From positions 1 through 33,110 of the forward strand of contig JAEEML010000020.1 in assembly GCA_016283195.1 (NCBI GenBank): a DNA stretch of 33,110 bases, in the 5' to 3' direction. Shown here piece after piece: positions 16,957-26,422 of the stretch. Each line of letters opens with the position of its first letter. Within the stretch, counting starts at the first letter, position 1. This DNA comes from Deltaproteobacteria bacterium. GTDB lineage: Bacteria > JAEEML01. The position numbers were made by a program, and so were the translations under genes. Below the pieces are notes generated by a model. That model was not told where the DNA came from. It worked only from the letters and a program-made list of their open reading frames with translations, and did not search any database.

Positions 16957-19575
16957 TTAAGGAGCGCCATAATCATAAAAACCATAGCTGTCACCCATTT
17001 CTTCCGGCTCTTTTTGCACTATTAAAGGTTTTTCACCCGGGTGCTGCCAAAAATGGCGGATGGTGGCCGGGAGGTCGTCGGTAACCAGCTCGCCGGCGTG
17101 TTCGCTAAACCAATATCCCGGCAGGGCATCACAATAAGGATGTTCGGCAAAGCGGCGGTCTAAAAGGACAATTATCCCGCGATCGCTTGCCGTGCGGATG
17201 ACCCGGCCGGCTGCCTGTACTACCTTTTGCATACCTGGAAAGAGCATGCCGTAAGCAAAGCCGGCCTCTTTTTTTTCTTCAAAATAATCACACATTTGGC
17301 GGCGTTCAAAGCCTACTTGCGGCAGCGCCGGACCAACAATTATAGCTCCGATGAGCGCTTTGCCCGGGAGGTCTATGCCCTCGGCGAAAATGCCGCCCAT
17401 AACGGCCAGGAGCAAGATGCCCTCGCCGGCGCGCATGGTTTCAAGGACTGTTTGCCGCTCGTTATCGCTCATGGAACGCTTTTGAGTAAAAATCTGAAAC
17501 CCACCGATATTTAAGCTAAAAAGCTCCTTGCTGACGGCTTCTAAAAAGGCAAAACTCGGGAAGAAAGCAATATAATTGCCCCATTTTAGAGTAACTGTTT
17601 CGGCAATGCGCTGGGCAATGGGGCGGTAACTTTTGGGGCGCTTAACATAGCGAGTTTCGCAGCTTTTATCAATGACCACCAGCCGCTCTTCTGGCGGAAA
17701 GGGGGAGGGCAAATCAATAGTTATGGGATTTAAAGGGGAAAAGCCCAAAATATCGGCAAAGTAATCCAGCGGATTTAAGGTGGCGCTTACGGCAATGGTA
17801 GTCAGAAAGCGTTTATGAATAGTGCTCAAATAGCGGGCCGGCGAGAGGCAGAGAATACCCAGGCGCCCTTTACTGCCATCGCTTCCGACATAAGGCACAA
17901 GCTCGCCCTCGGCAGCGAGCAGCAAATTGCCGATTTGCAAAATATTATCCAGAAGCTTTTGCAGGGCGTCTTCCGGGCCGGCAATTTTGGCCATTTTGCG
18001 AAAAATGGCATAGCGTACCTGGAGAAGAGCGGCCTCTTCGGCTCTTTCTGCCCACTCGGCAAGGTTAAGTGAAACTCGCCAATTACCGGAAATCTCAGCG
18101 TTTTCTTCGCTCGGGCCGCGGGATACATGGCGGCAAATTTCGGCGGAAACAGAGCTTAAAAAAGTGCTGATTATGCTGCCTAATTCCGCATCGCGGTAGC
18201 CTCTTAGCTCCTCAATATCCAGCACTAGCTGCTTTTCCGGGAGACTCTTTTGGTGATAAGCGGCTACAATTTTTTGCGCTATCTCTATCTCTTCCAAAGT
18301 GATAGCCGGTGAATAAGCGGCGCGCACGCGGTCAAAGAGGTTGTGGGCTTCATCAATAATAGCTATCGGCATAGCGGGAGCGGCAAAAGAATTGGCCGCT
18401 CTGTAGGGGTGGCGGTCATAGAGATAATTGTAATCGGCAATTATAAGATCTACTTTGGTGCAAAGAGTCACGGCAACTTCATAAGGGCAGAGGTTTTCCT
18501 TAACAGCCTCCTTATAAATATCGGCGCCGTTAATGACCGTATTATTTTGGATTAAGTTCTGCAAAAGCGGGCTCTTTTTCAGCCGTTCTTTAAAATCAGC
18601 CAAAAACGGGCAGGTCAGCCGGTGACACAAAAGGTGGCCGGTAGCGCACATTCCTTCTTTGGGAGCCATATTGAGAGCCAGGAGCTGGCCCTCTAAATGA
18701 GAGGCTTTCACAATATCCTCAAAAGTGTGGCAGGCCATCTCCGCCTGGGTGCGCTTGGCAGTGGTAAACCAGAGGCGGCTATTGTTTTTGAGCGCGGCTT
18801 TTAGGGCCGGAAAGAGCGCAGAGACAGTTTTGCCGCTACCGGTGGGGGCAGCAGCCAAAATAGGGCGCTCTCTGTCAATGGCTCTCTCAATGGCATTTAT
18901 GAGAATTTTTTGCGGCTCACGCAGCTCACTATAAGGAAATATTAGCTTTTCGGCCCAAATGGCCCGGTCAATGGCCCGCTTTTTTTCGCCTTTGGCGCTA
19001 GCTGAGAGAGTGCCAAGCAGCTGAGAGAGGGCCTTTAAAAGCGCCTCCTCGGCCGGAGTAACAACCATTTCGCGCTGTCGGCCATCTTGGAGAGAAACAA
19101 GCACTAGGCGGCTTATAAGAGTATTGCCCTCAGCTGCCTTAGAGATGGCGAGAGCATAGAAGGTAAGTTGGTAAATAAAAGGCGTAAGGTCGTTTTGGGT
19201 TAGAAGATCCAGCTGACTGCCGGAAAGGGCCAAAGACTTAACCTCTTCTAAAATAAGAGTATTTTCGTCTTTTTTTATGATTCCGTCGGCCCGGCCGCCG
19301 AGGCTGATTTGCCACTCGCCGAGATTTAGGTTTAGGTTTAGCGGCACTTCGCTTTGAAAGGCAGAGGCGAATTCAGAGCGCCGTTTTTCACTGTATTCGC
19401 GGTGTATTTTTTGCCCCAGCTCGGCCCTTAAGCTGCTTAAGAGCCCAATGCCGCTCTGGCTCGGAGCGGCGCATAGCTCGCCCACCGCCGAGCGAATGTC
19501 GCCGCTTAAGAGATGATTTTCGAGATCGATGGTGAGACTCACCTTTTTTGCTCCAAAAATGTCAGTTGCCCCCAC
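16957..19575 (-). CDS. ATP-dependent Fe-S DNA helicase (XPD/Rad3/DinG family) with N-terminal PD-(D/E)xK nuclease domain
   Basis: N-terminal GQKIH...GRADG...EEVKS...YQL.FYA nuclease motifs; Walker A APTGSGKT; Cys cluster C-x6-C-x4-CP...CPY; DEAH; FFPSF; EGIDLPG; QAAGRVIR. Confidence 0.92.
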   Translation of the reverse strand: MGATDIFGAKKVSLTIDLENHLLSGDIRSAVGELCAAPSQSGIGLLSSLRAELGQKIHREYSEKRRSEFASAFQSEVPLNLNLNLGEWQISLGGRADGIIKKDENTLILEEVKSLALSGSQLDLLTQNDLTPFIYQLTFYALAISKAAEGNTLISRLVLVSLQDGRQREMVVTPAEEALLKALSQLLGTLSASAKGEKKRAIDRAIWAEKLIFPYSELREPQKILINAIERAIDRERPILAAAPTGSGKTVSALFPALKAALKNNSRLWFTTAKRTQAEMACHTFEDIVKASHLEGQLLALNMAPKEGMCATGHLLCHRLTCPFLADFKERLKKSPLLQNLIQNNTVINGADIYKEAVKENLCPYEVAVTLCTKVDLIIADYNYLYDRHPYRAANSFAAPAMPIAIIDEAHNLFDRVRAAYSPAITLEEIEIAQKIVAAYHQKSLPEKQLVLDIEELRGYRDAELGSIISTFLSSVSAEICRHVSRGPSEENAEISGNWRVSLNLAEWAERAEEAALLQVRYAIFRKMAKIAGPEDALQKLLDNILQIGNLLLAAEGELVPYVGSDGSKGRLGILCLSPARYLSTIHKRFLTTIAVSATLNPLDYFADILGFSPLNPITIDLPSPFPPEERLVVIDKSCETRYVKRPKSYRPIAQRIAETVTLKWGNYIAFFPSFAFLEAVSKELFSLNIGGFQIFTQKRSMSDNERQTVLETMRAGEGILLLAVMGGIFAEGIDLPGKALIGAIIVGPALPQVGFERRQMCDYFEEKKEAGFAYGMLFPGMQKVVQAAGRVIRTASDRGIIVLLDRRFAEHPYCDALPGYWFSEHAGELVTDDLPATIRHFWQHPGEKPLIVQKEPEEMGDSYGFYDYGAP

Positions 19576-19583
19576 CTAGGCAA

Positions 19584-19612
19584 TTGACCATTATTATATA
19601 TTTTGCTACAAT
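19584..19612 (+). promoter_or_regulatory. Sigma70-type promoter of the Sel1/J-domain/dnaK/kinase operon
   Basis: TTGACC (19584-19589), 17-nt spacer, TACAAT (19607-19612) preceded by TGc; 26 nt upstream of ATG 19639. Confidence 0.75.
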
Positions 19613-19638
19613 TTGGCCACTGGTTTTGGGAGCGTGAT

Positions 19639-20220
19639 ATGTCTTCTAAACAATTTACCATTTTGGCTGTTTTGTTTTTATCAGGCTTAACATTTGGCGG
19701 ATTAGCTATTGGTGCCGAATCTGGGCTAGATAAGCAGGCTGAGGGAGCTCGGCTCAATACTTTGGGCGAGCTTTATTATAAAGGCGAGACAGTGCCTTAT
19801 GACATGGAAAAAGCCATGCATTATTTCCGTGAGGCCGAACAGCTTGATTATGTGCCTTGTTACAATAATCTCGGCAATATGTTCTATTATGGTTATGTGG
19901 TGCCCAAAGATTACCATAAAGCTTTTGAATATTACATGAAAGCCGGCTCTCGCGGTGATGCTTACGGCCAATATAATGTCGGCTATATGTACCAAACAGG
20001 TTACGGCGTAAAGCGCAACATGGCCGAAGCTGTTTCCTGGTATTTAAAAGCTGCCGAAAACGGTTATGTGCGCGCGCAACATCTTTTGGGTGATATTTAC
20101 TTTTTTGGCTACGGTGTAGAAAAAAATCGTGAACAGGCGCTGCGCTGGTTTCGCACGGCAGCACTGGCCGGTGATGCTTATTCCCAGGATCGTCTTTTGG
20201 AGATCGGCGAGCATATATGA
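19639..20220 (+). CDS. Exported Sel1-like repeat protein
   Basis: Signal-peptide-like N-terminus and four Sel1 repeats (LG..Y..G..V..D/N...A..Y/W...AA..G...AQ). Start at ATG 19639 with GGGAG RBS, downstream of the promoter. Confidence 0.92.
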   Translation: MSSKQFTILAVLFLSGLTFGGLAIGAESGLDKQAEGARLNTLGELYYKGETVPYDMEKAMHYFREAEQLDYVPCYNNLGNMFYYGYVVPKDYHKAFEYYMKAGSRGDAYGQYNVGYMYQTGYGVKRNMAEAVSWYLKAAENGYVRAQHLLGDIYFFGYGVEKNREQALRWFRTAALAGDAYSQDRLLEIGEHI

Positions 20221-21587
20221 CTGATAATAAAGCACATTGTAAGCCGCGACCGCTGGCCGGCGTTAATGTATATGCCCTTAAGCTCACCCCGCTTGAGGGC
20301 TTTATATTTTCGCAGCTTGATGGCCAGGTTAGTGTGGAACAATTGGCCGATATTTGCCAGTTGCCGGAAGAAAACGTGCTGGAAGCCATTGATAATTTAT
20401 TAAAATTAAAAGCTATTGAGTTGCCGGATTCCGATATGCCGACTGAGTATTCGCGCCCGGCGCCGACAGCTAAAACCGAGCCGGCTGTTGCCATGGCGCC
20501 AAGGTCTATGAATGAGCAGCCTCAATATGAAGAAGGCATTTATTTAAATGCCGAACAGCAGCGGGAAGTCGATCGCCTTTTAGCTTTGGGTGAGGAAGAA
20601 AACCCCCTGTTAATACTGGGCCTTACTGCCGATGCCGCTTTTGCCGATGTCAAAAAGAGCTATTTTAAGCTGGCCAAAGTGTATCACCCCGATCGCTTTT
20701 ATGGGCGGGAGCTTGGCTCATACCAGGAGAAACTGGCTACTCTTTTTGAAATGATAAACCAGGCTTTTAATACTTTAAGTAAACCAAGAGTTTTTGAGCT
20801 TTGGCGCAAAAGACTCGCCGAAAATCCCGCTGCTTCATCTCAGCTTAAAAAGGAAAATAGCAAAAATCAACTAATTGCCGTTGACGACGAACCGCCGCCG
20901 CAAATGGTGCCGTCTCCGGCTAAAGCCCACTCATCTGCCCGCCGCTATTCTTCGCCCATTAGCCAGGAGCTGGAAGAAGTGCGGCAAAACATTTTAAAAG
21001 AGCGCCGGCAGCGGCAAAATATTTATGTTGATCGCCTTGGTAAAGCTGATGAAGCCATGCAAGCGGCTATTTTAAAATTGCGCGATGGTTTTCTTTTGGA
21101 GCCCTGCGAAAAAATCGCCATGATTTGTACTCTGGTGCCGGATAATCCTTTTTATCAGAGCCTTAGAGCCGATTTTTTCCTTGATGAAAATCATCCTTCA
21201 TATATGGACCTTTTGCAAGTAGAGGTGCTGGTTGATTCCGGCTATCTCGATAAAGCCCTGGCCGGCTATGCAAAATTATCCAAAGAATATTATAAGATAA
21301 GCGCATTTCACTTTATGGAATCACTCCTCCTTTACCGCCAAAACGAGGTGGTGAAGGCGATGAACGCTATAGATAAGGCTCTGGCTGTTTCACCGGAGCA
21401 ACTGCTCTTTTTGCTGCATGCCAGCCGGGTTTCCGTGGCGTGTAAAAATAACTCCGGCAAAGATTACTTTTGGGTGCGTGCTATTGCCTTGGCTAAAAAG
21501 CTTTCCTGTGATATATCGGTTATTGGTCAGCTTTTGGTCTATAAGCCGGCGGAGCAACAGAATAAATCGGAAAAGCAGGCCGAATAA
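20217..21587 (+). CDS. J-domain co-chaperone with N-terminal winged-helix-like and C-terminal TPR-like regions
   Basis: ILGL...VKKSYFKLAKVYHPDRF...INQAFNTL J-domain with intact HPD. N-terminal LTPLEGFIFSQLDG...L...I segment. TPR-like helices at the C-terminus. ATGA overlap with the Sel1 gene stop. Confidence 0.88.
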   Translation: MTDNKAHCKPRPLAGVNVYALKLTPLEGFIFSQLDGQVSVEQLADICQLPEENVLEAIDNLLKLKAIELPDSDMPTEYSRPAPTAKTEPAVAMAPRSMNEQPQYEEGIYLNAEQQREVDRLLALGEEENPLLILGLTADAAFADVKKSYFKLAKVYHPDRFYGRELGSYQEKLATLFEMINQAFNTLSKPRVFELWRKRLAENPAASSQLKKENSKNQLIAVDDEPPPQMVPSPAKAHSSARRYSSPISQELEEVRQNILKERRQRQNIYVDRLGKADEAMQAAILKLRDGFLLEPCEKIAMICTLVPDNPFYQSLRADFFLDENHPSYMDLLQVEVLVDSGYLDKALAGYAKLSKEYYKISAFHFMESLLLYRQNEVVKAMNAIDKALAVSPEQLLFLLHASRVSVACKNNSGKDYFWVRAIALAKKLSCDISVIGQLLVYKPAEQQNKSEKQAE

Positions 21588-21602
21588 GTTTGGAAGGCAC
21601 AA

Positions 21603-23417
21603 ATGGAACCAGTTATCGGTATTGATTTAGGCACTACTAACTCCTGTGTTGCCATTATGAAGGGTGATGGCTATCCTAAGGTAATTCATAATAAATCAGG
21701 TAGCAACACCACGCCGTCTATGGTGGCTGTCACCGATAGCGGCAAGCGCCTTATCGGGCAACTTGCCAAGCGCCAGGCAGTAGTTAATCCGCAAAATACC
21801 GTTTATGCTGCTAAAAGGCTTATCGGCCGGCGTTATGATGATCGCGAAGTGCAAAAGGCCTTAAAAACCATTCCTTATAAAACGGAGCGCGGCCCCCACG
21901 ACGATGTGCGCATTTCTCTAAGAAACCATTCTTATGCTGTGCCGGAAATTTCTTCAATGATTTTAAACGGTCTCAGGATGGTTGCTCAGGATTATCTGGG
22001 GCGGCCGGTGACTAAAGCTGTAGTAACTGTTCCGGCTTATTTTAACGATAATCAGCGCCAGGCCACCAAAGATGCCGGCAAAATTGCCGGGCTTGAGGTA
22101 TTGCGCATCATCAATGAGCCCACAGCGGCAGCGCTTACTTACGGTTTTTCACGCAATGTCTCCCAAAAAGTGGCGGTTTTTGATTTAGGCGGCGGTACTT
22201 TTGATATTTCTATATTGGAAATAGACCAAGGCGTTTTTAATGTCATTACCTCGGCCGGTGATACCTTCCTGGGCGGCGAGGATTTTGATGAGCGCATTAT
22301 GGAGTGGCTGGTGCTCAACTTTGCCAAAGAGTGTAAAGTTGATTTAAGAACCGACCGCATGGCTCTCCAGCGCCTGAAAGAGGCGGCGGAAAATGCCAAA
22401 ATAGAGCTTTCTACAGTCTCTGAAGTGCAAATAAACCTGCCCTTTATCTATTCCACCCCCGAGGGTGAAACATTGCATTTAACAGCCAATTTATCCCGCG
22501 ATAAATTAAACGAGCTGGGCGCCGATTTGGTGGAACGCTGTATGCATATTTGCACCGAAACTATGCAAAATGCCGGTATTAAGCCTGCCGATTTAGACGA
22601 TGTGCTGATGGTCGGCGGTATGAGCCGTATGCCGGCTATTCGCGATGCCGTGACAAAATGTTTCGGAATTACGCCATCTTATACTGTGCATCCCGATGAG
22701 GCTGTGGCCCTTGGCGCCGCGATTCAGGGCTGGCTTTTAGTGAGCGGCAATACCGATACTCTGCTCCTGGATGTTACGCCGCACGATTTCGGTATTTTGG
22801 TGGCCGGCGGCGATTTCAATACTATTATTCCCAAAGATACCGCTATTCCTACGAGTGCCCGCAAAGTTTTTACCACTATGCGCGATAATCAAACACAAGT
22901 GCGCATAATGATTATGCAGGAGAGCAGTAACACTCACGAACTTTTGGGTGAATTTGCCCTGACCGGCCTTAGAGAAGCGCCCAAAGGAGCAGTGCGCATT
23001 GAAGTGACCTTCCAAATCAGTGCCGATGGCATTGTGAGTGTTTATGCCCGTGATTTAGAGACCAACCGTTGCCAGAGTGTTACCGTGACAGCTTCCAGCG
23101 GTCTTACTAATGAAGAGATTCAGCGCATGATTCAAGAAAATACTGATTATTTGGTAACATCAGAAGCCACGCAAAAATTTGAGACTCTTCATGTCGAAGC
23201 CGAGCGCTATCTGCGTCAGTTTAAATTATTACTGCCCAAAGCCATTATGACTTTAAGATCCTCATCTTATGGTGACGACGCTTTGCAAAAGGCCAGTACT
23301 GTAGTCAGTCGTTTGCAGGAAGCCATAAAGCGCCGCGACCTTAACGAGCTGGAAAATAGTCTGGCTCCTTTGAAACGCACAGTGGAGCTTTTTGAAAAGC
23401 TTACCAAAGATCAATAG
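21603..23417 (+). CDS. dnaK: Hsp70/DnaK-family chaperone (specialised paralogue)
   Basis: GIDLGTTNS, TVPAYFND.QRQATKDAG, INEPTAAAL, DLGGGTFDIS, LGGEDFD and linker LLLDVTP. 604 aa, no disordered C-terminal tail, no grpE nearby. Confidence 0.93.
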   Translation: MEPVIGIDLGTTNSCVAIMKGDGYPKVIHNKSGSNTTPSMVAVTDSGKRLIGQLAKRQAVVNPQNTVYAAKRLIGRRYDDREVQKALKTIPYKTERGPHDDVRISLRNHSYAVPEISSMILNGLRMVAQDYLGRPVTKAVVTVPAYFNDNQRQATKDAGKIAGLEVLRIINEPTAAALTYGFSRNVSQKVAVFDLGGGTFDISILEIDQGVFNVITSAGDTFLGGEDFDERIMEWLVLNFAKECKVDLRTDRMALQRLKEAAENAKIELSTVSEVQINLPFIYSTPEGETLHLTANLSRDKLNELGADLVERCMHICTETMQNAGIKPADLDDVLMVGGMSRMPAIRDAVTKCFGITPSYTVHPDEAVALGAAIQGWLLVSGNTDTLLLDVTPHDFGILVAGGDFNTIIPKDTAIPTSARKVFTTMRDNQTQVRIMIMQESSNTHELLGEFALTGLREAPKGAVRIEVTFQISADGIVSVYARDLETNRCQSVTVTASSGLTNEEIQRMIQENTDYLVTSEATQKFETLHVEAERYLRQFKLLLPKAIMTLRSSSYGDDALQKASTVVSRLQEAIKRRDLNELENSLAPLKRTVELFEKLTKDQ

Positions 23418-23443
23418 AGGTAAGCACATTTGGTTTATGAGCC

Positions 23444-25180
23444 ATGCCGCTCTATAAATTGGGAAAATATATCTTAATACGCAAGCTTAACTCCGGCGGT
23501 ATGGCTGAGATCTACCTGGCCAAGAGTTTTGGTGCTCATGGCATGGACAGGTTGCTCGCGGTTAAGCGTATTTTGCCCAAAGTCAGCTCTTCCGGCGATT
23601 TTATCAAAATGTTTATTGATGAGGCCAAATTGGCCTCCAAGCTCAGCCATCCCAATATTTCGCAGATTTATGAACTTGGACGTGAGCGGGAGACTTATTA
23701 CATCGCTCTGGAACTTGTGGACGGCAAAGATTTACGCTCGATTTTTGATAAACTGGCCAAAAGCGGCCGCATTATGCCCTTGCCACTGGCAGTGAAAATA
23801 GTAGCCGATATATGTGAAGGGCTCGATTATGCTCACCAGAAATGCGATGACGACGGCCGGCCGTTAAATATTGTGCACCGTGATGTGAGCTTGCAAAATG
23901 TCATGGTTTCTTTTCACGGCGATGTGAAAGTTATTGATTTTGGTGTAGCCAAGGCCTCGGTACAGTCCACAGAAACGCGCGCCGGAGTGCTGAAGGGCAA
24001 AATCGGCTATATGCCGCCGGAACAGGTGGCCGGCCAGGATATTGATCGCCGCGGGGATATTTTTGCCACCGGGGTTATTTTGTGGGAGCTTATTACCTCC
24101 TCGCGCCTTTTTAAATATCACACCGAATACCAGAGCCTGGAGCGGGTGCGCCTGTGTGAGCTTTATCCGCCCTCTACTATTAATCCTAATGTGCCCAAAG
24201 AGCTGGAGCAGATAGTTTTAAAGGCTCTTACGCGCGATCCCGATGAACGCTATGCTACAGCCCAGGAATTTCACGATGATTTGCTCACTTATTTGGTAAA
24301 AAGGCGTGAATTGCCCAGTCTCCGCGAGATAGAGCAATTTATGCAAGAACTCTTTGATGAGGAAATCCGCCGTAATCGCCTAGAACTGGAGGAAGCCGAT
24401 AAAATAACGCCGGATATCGAAGGGCTTATTGATATGGCCGAGCTGGACGAAAAGCAGGTGCAAGAAGATCGCCAGCTGGGGCAGCCCAAAGTGGTGCGCA
24501 GTGAAACAGCCACTCATTCTATGAGTAAATCGGTGCATCAAAGCGGCTCGCGGCGCAGTGGCACCAACTATGTAAGCGGAGCTATGAGCTTTTTCGGCAA
24601 TGGTGAAGAGGCGGCTCTTGCCAGTTCCACTATTCAGGAAATGTCTCCCGAGGCGCTGGCGCAGCTAAAAAAATCACTGGGTGAATCATTTAAGACTACT
24701 TTAAATGATAGCGCAGAAATCCAAAATGCTCTTGAGGCTCCCACTATTAACGAGCAGGAAGAGATTTCCATTACCGAGCTGAAAGCGCCTTCCGCCTCCA
24801 CCACCTCTATTGGCCGCGTGCCGGAAAATACCGCTATCAGCGGCCATGTGATGCAGCCTTTTCGTTCACCTTTTTTAGTGGAGCCGGTAAAAAGCAAAAT
24901 TCTCTTAGGTGCCGTAGTTGCCATTTTTGTGGGCCTTTTAATTGGCATTTTTGTTTGGCTTTTAGCCCCGACGGGACGCGGGTCGCTCCTTATCACTACC
25001 GAGCCCAGCGGTTTAAATATTGATATTGATAATGTGCTCAATGCTTGCAAGAGCCCTTGTACGCTTACGCATGTGGAGGCCGGTACGCACAAAGTAATTG
25101 TGCATTTTCCCGGTGTACAGCCGGTGGTGCGCACAGTAAAAGTGCAGCCTAATCAAATAAATACCCTCCTTGTGCCCTAA
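23444..25180 (+). CDS. Hanks-type Ser/Thr protein kinase with TM helix and C-terminal PEGA-like domain
   Basis: GGMAEIY, AVKR, HRDVSLQN, IDFGVAK, KGKIGYMPPEQ, DIFATG; TM ILLGAVVAIFVGLLIGIFVWLL; C-terminal GSLLITTEPSG..IDID...SPCTL..V.AGTH.V. Confidence 0.95.
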   Translation: MPLYKLGKYILIRKLNSGGMAEIYLAKSFGAHGMDRLLAVKRILPKVSSSGDFIKMFIDEAKLASKLSHPNISQIYELGRERETYYIALELVDGKDLRSIFDKLAKSGRIMPLPLAVKIVADICEGLDYAHQKCDDDGRPLNIVHRDVSLQNVMVSFHGDVKVIDFGVAKASVQSTETRAGVLKGKIGYMPPEQVAGQDIDRRGDIFATGVILWELITSSRLFKYHTEYQSLERVRLCELYPPSTINPNVPKELEQIVLKALTRDPDERYATAQEFHDDLLTYLVKRRELPSLREIEQFMQELFDEEIRRNRLELEEADKITPDIEGLIDMAELDEKQVQEDRQLGQPKVVRSETATHSMSKSVHQSGSRRSGTNYVSGAMSFFGNGEEAALASSTIQEMSPEALAQLKKSLGESFKTTLNDSAEIQNALEAPTINEQEEISITELKAPSASTTSIGRVPENTAISGHVMQPFRSPFLVEPVKSKILLGAVVAIFVGLLIGIFVWLLAPTGRGSLLITTEPSGLNIDIDNVLNACKSPCTLTHVEAGTHKVIVHFPGVQPVVRTVKVQPNQINTLLVP

Positions 25181-25192
25181 GGCCTTAACAAT

Positions 25193-26413
25193 ATGCGGCG
25201 CCTTATCTTTCACATAGATGTAAATTCGGCATTTCTCTCTTGGACGGCGGCAGCTCTCGTTAAGGCTGGTAAGCCCGATATAAGAGAAGTGCCCTCGGCT
25301 ATCGGCGGCGACCGCGAAAGGCGGGCGGGGATTATCTTAGCCAAGTCGATACCGGCTAAAAAATATGGGGTTACTACCGGTGAGCCCATTGGCTTGGCCC
25401 TCAAAAAATGCCCTAATTTATTAATCTTTCCCCCGGATTTTAAATTATATGCCGAAAATTCCCGGGCTTTTATGAAAATATGCGCGAATTATTCACCGCT
25501 TATAGAACAATATTCAATAGATGAATGTTTTTTGGACATGAGCGGCATGGAACTTTTGTTTGCCGATCCTTTGCAAGCGGCCCACGAAATTCGCCAAAAG
25601 ATAAAAGATGAGCTGGGGTTTACGGTGAATATCGGAGTGGGAGAAAATAAACTTTTGGCCAAAATGGCCAGCGATTTTAGTAAACCGGACAAAGTGCATA
25701 CTCTTTTTCTCTCAGAAATTGAGCAAAAAATGTGGCCGCTTCCCATTGGTGATTTGCTCTATGTTGGGCCGGCTATAGCGAGCAAATTGCAAAGAGTGGG
25801 CATTAGAACTATCGGCGATGTGGTGCGCTATCAGCTGAAAACATTGCAAAGCATTCTAGGTGATAAGGCCGGTGAGCAGCTTTTTAACTATGTGCGCGGG
25901 CAGGATGAATCGCCGGTGTTGGGGCAGCCATCGGATATAAAATGTTTAAGTATTTCCACTACTTTGCCTAATGATATTTTGAGTATGGAGCTGGCTTTTC
26001 CGGTGATATGCGCGCTTGCTGAAAGCTTAACCTATCGCCTAAGAAGAGCCGGGAAAATGGCCGGTACCATAAGTGTTACTGTGCGCGGCAATGATTTTAA
26101 AGATCGCTCACATCAGCGCCGCCTTAATGAACCAACTGATATTACTAAAGAAATTATTGCTTTGGCCAAAGAACTTTTGCGCGAACTCTGGGACGAAAAA
26201 TTGCCCATTAGGTTGCTGGGTATATCTTTAGGGCATCTTACAGCCGGCGTTATAAAACCAGCGCTTTTTCCCGATGAGAAGCGCGAAAAAGCCCGGCGCC
26301 TGGATGCGGCTGTTGACGCTTTAAAAGACAAATACGGCGCTAAAAGTATCTATTTAGGGAGTGCGGCTGATGAAGAGGCGCTTAGGGAAAGAGCAGAAAA
26401 AAGAGGTAAATGA
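25193..26413 (+). CDS. dinB: Y-family DNA polymerase IV
   Basis: HIDVNSAF, AKKYGV.TG, YSIDECFLD, NKLLAKMASDFSKPD, IRLLGI; C-terminal QL.LF-like PALF clamp motif. Confidence 0.95.
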   Translation: MRRLIFHIDVNSAFLSWTAAALVKAGKPDIREVPSAIGGDRERRAGIILAKSIPAKKYGVTTGEPIGLALKKCPNLLIFPPDFKLYAENSRAFMKICANYSPLIEQYSIDECFLDMSGMELLFADPLQAAHEIRQKIKDELGFTVNIGVGENKLLAKMASDFSKPDKVHTLFLSEIEQKMWPLPIGDLLYVGPAIASKLQRVGIRTIGDVVRYQLKTLQSILGDKAGEQLFNYVRGQDESPVLGQPSDIKCLSISTTLPNDILSMELAFPVICALAESLTYRLRRAGKMAGTISVTVRGNDFKDRSHQRRLNEPTDITKEIIALAKELLRELWDEKLPIRLLGISLGHLTAGVIKPALFPDEKREKARRLDAAVDALKDKYGAKSIYLGSAADEEALRERAEKRGK

Positions 26414-26422
26414 GCGCGCTTT

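Noticed and set aside
16957..19575. Cas4/CasDinG CRISPR-associated system
   Set aside because: No CRISPR array or other cas genes are visible, and the nuclease domain lacks the Cas4 cysteine cluster motif. It fits a stand-alone repair helicase.
21588..21602. Heat-shock (CIRCE/sigma32) control of dnaK, or an SOS box before dinB
   Set aside because: The intergenic gaps are only 15 and 12 bp, and I see no TTAGCACTC-N9-GAGTGCTAA or LexA-like palindrome at these sites or the operon promoter.
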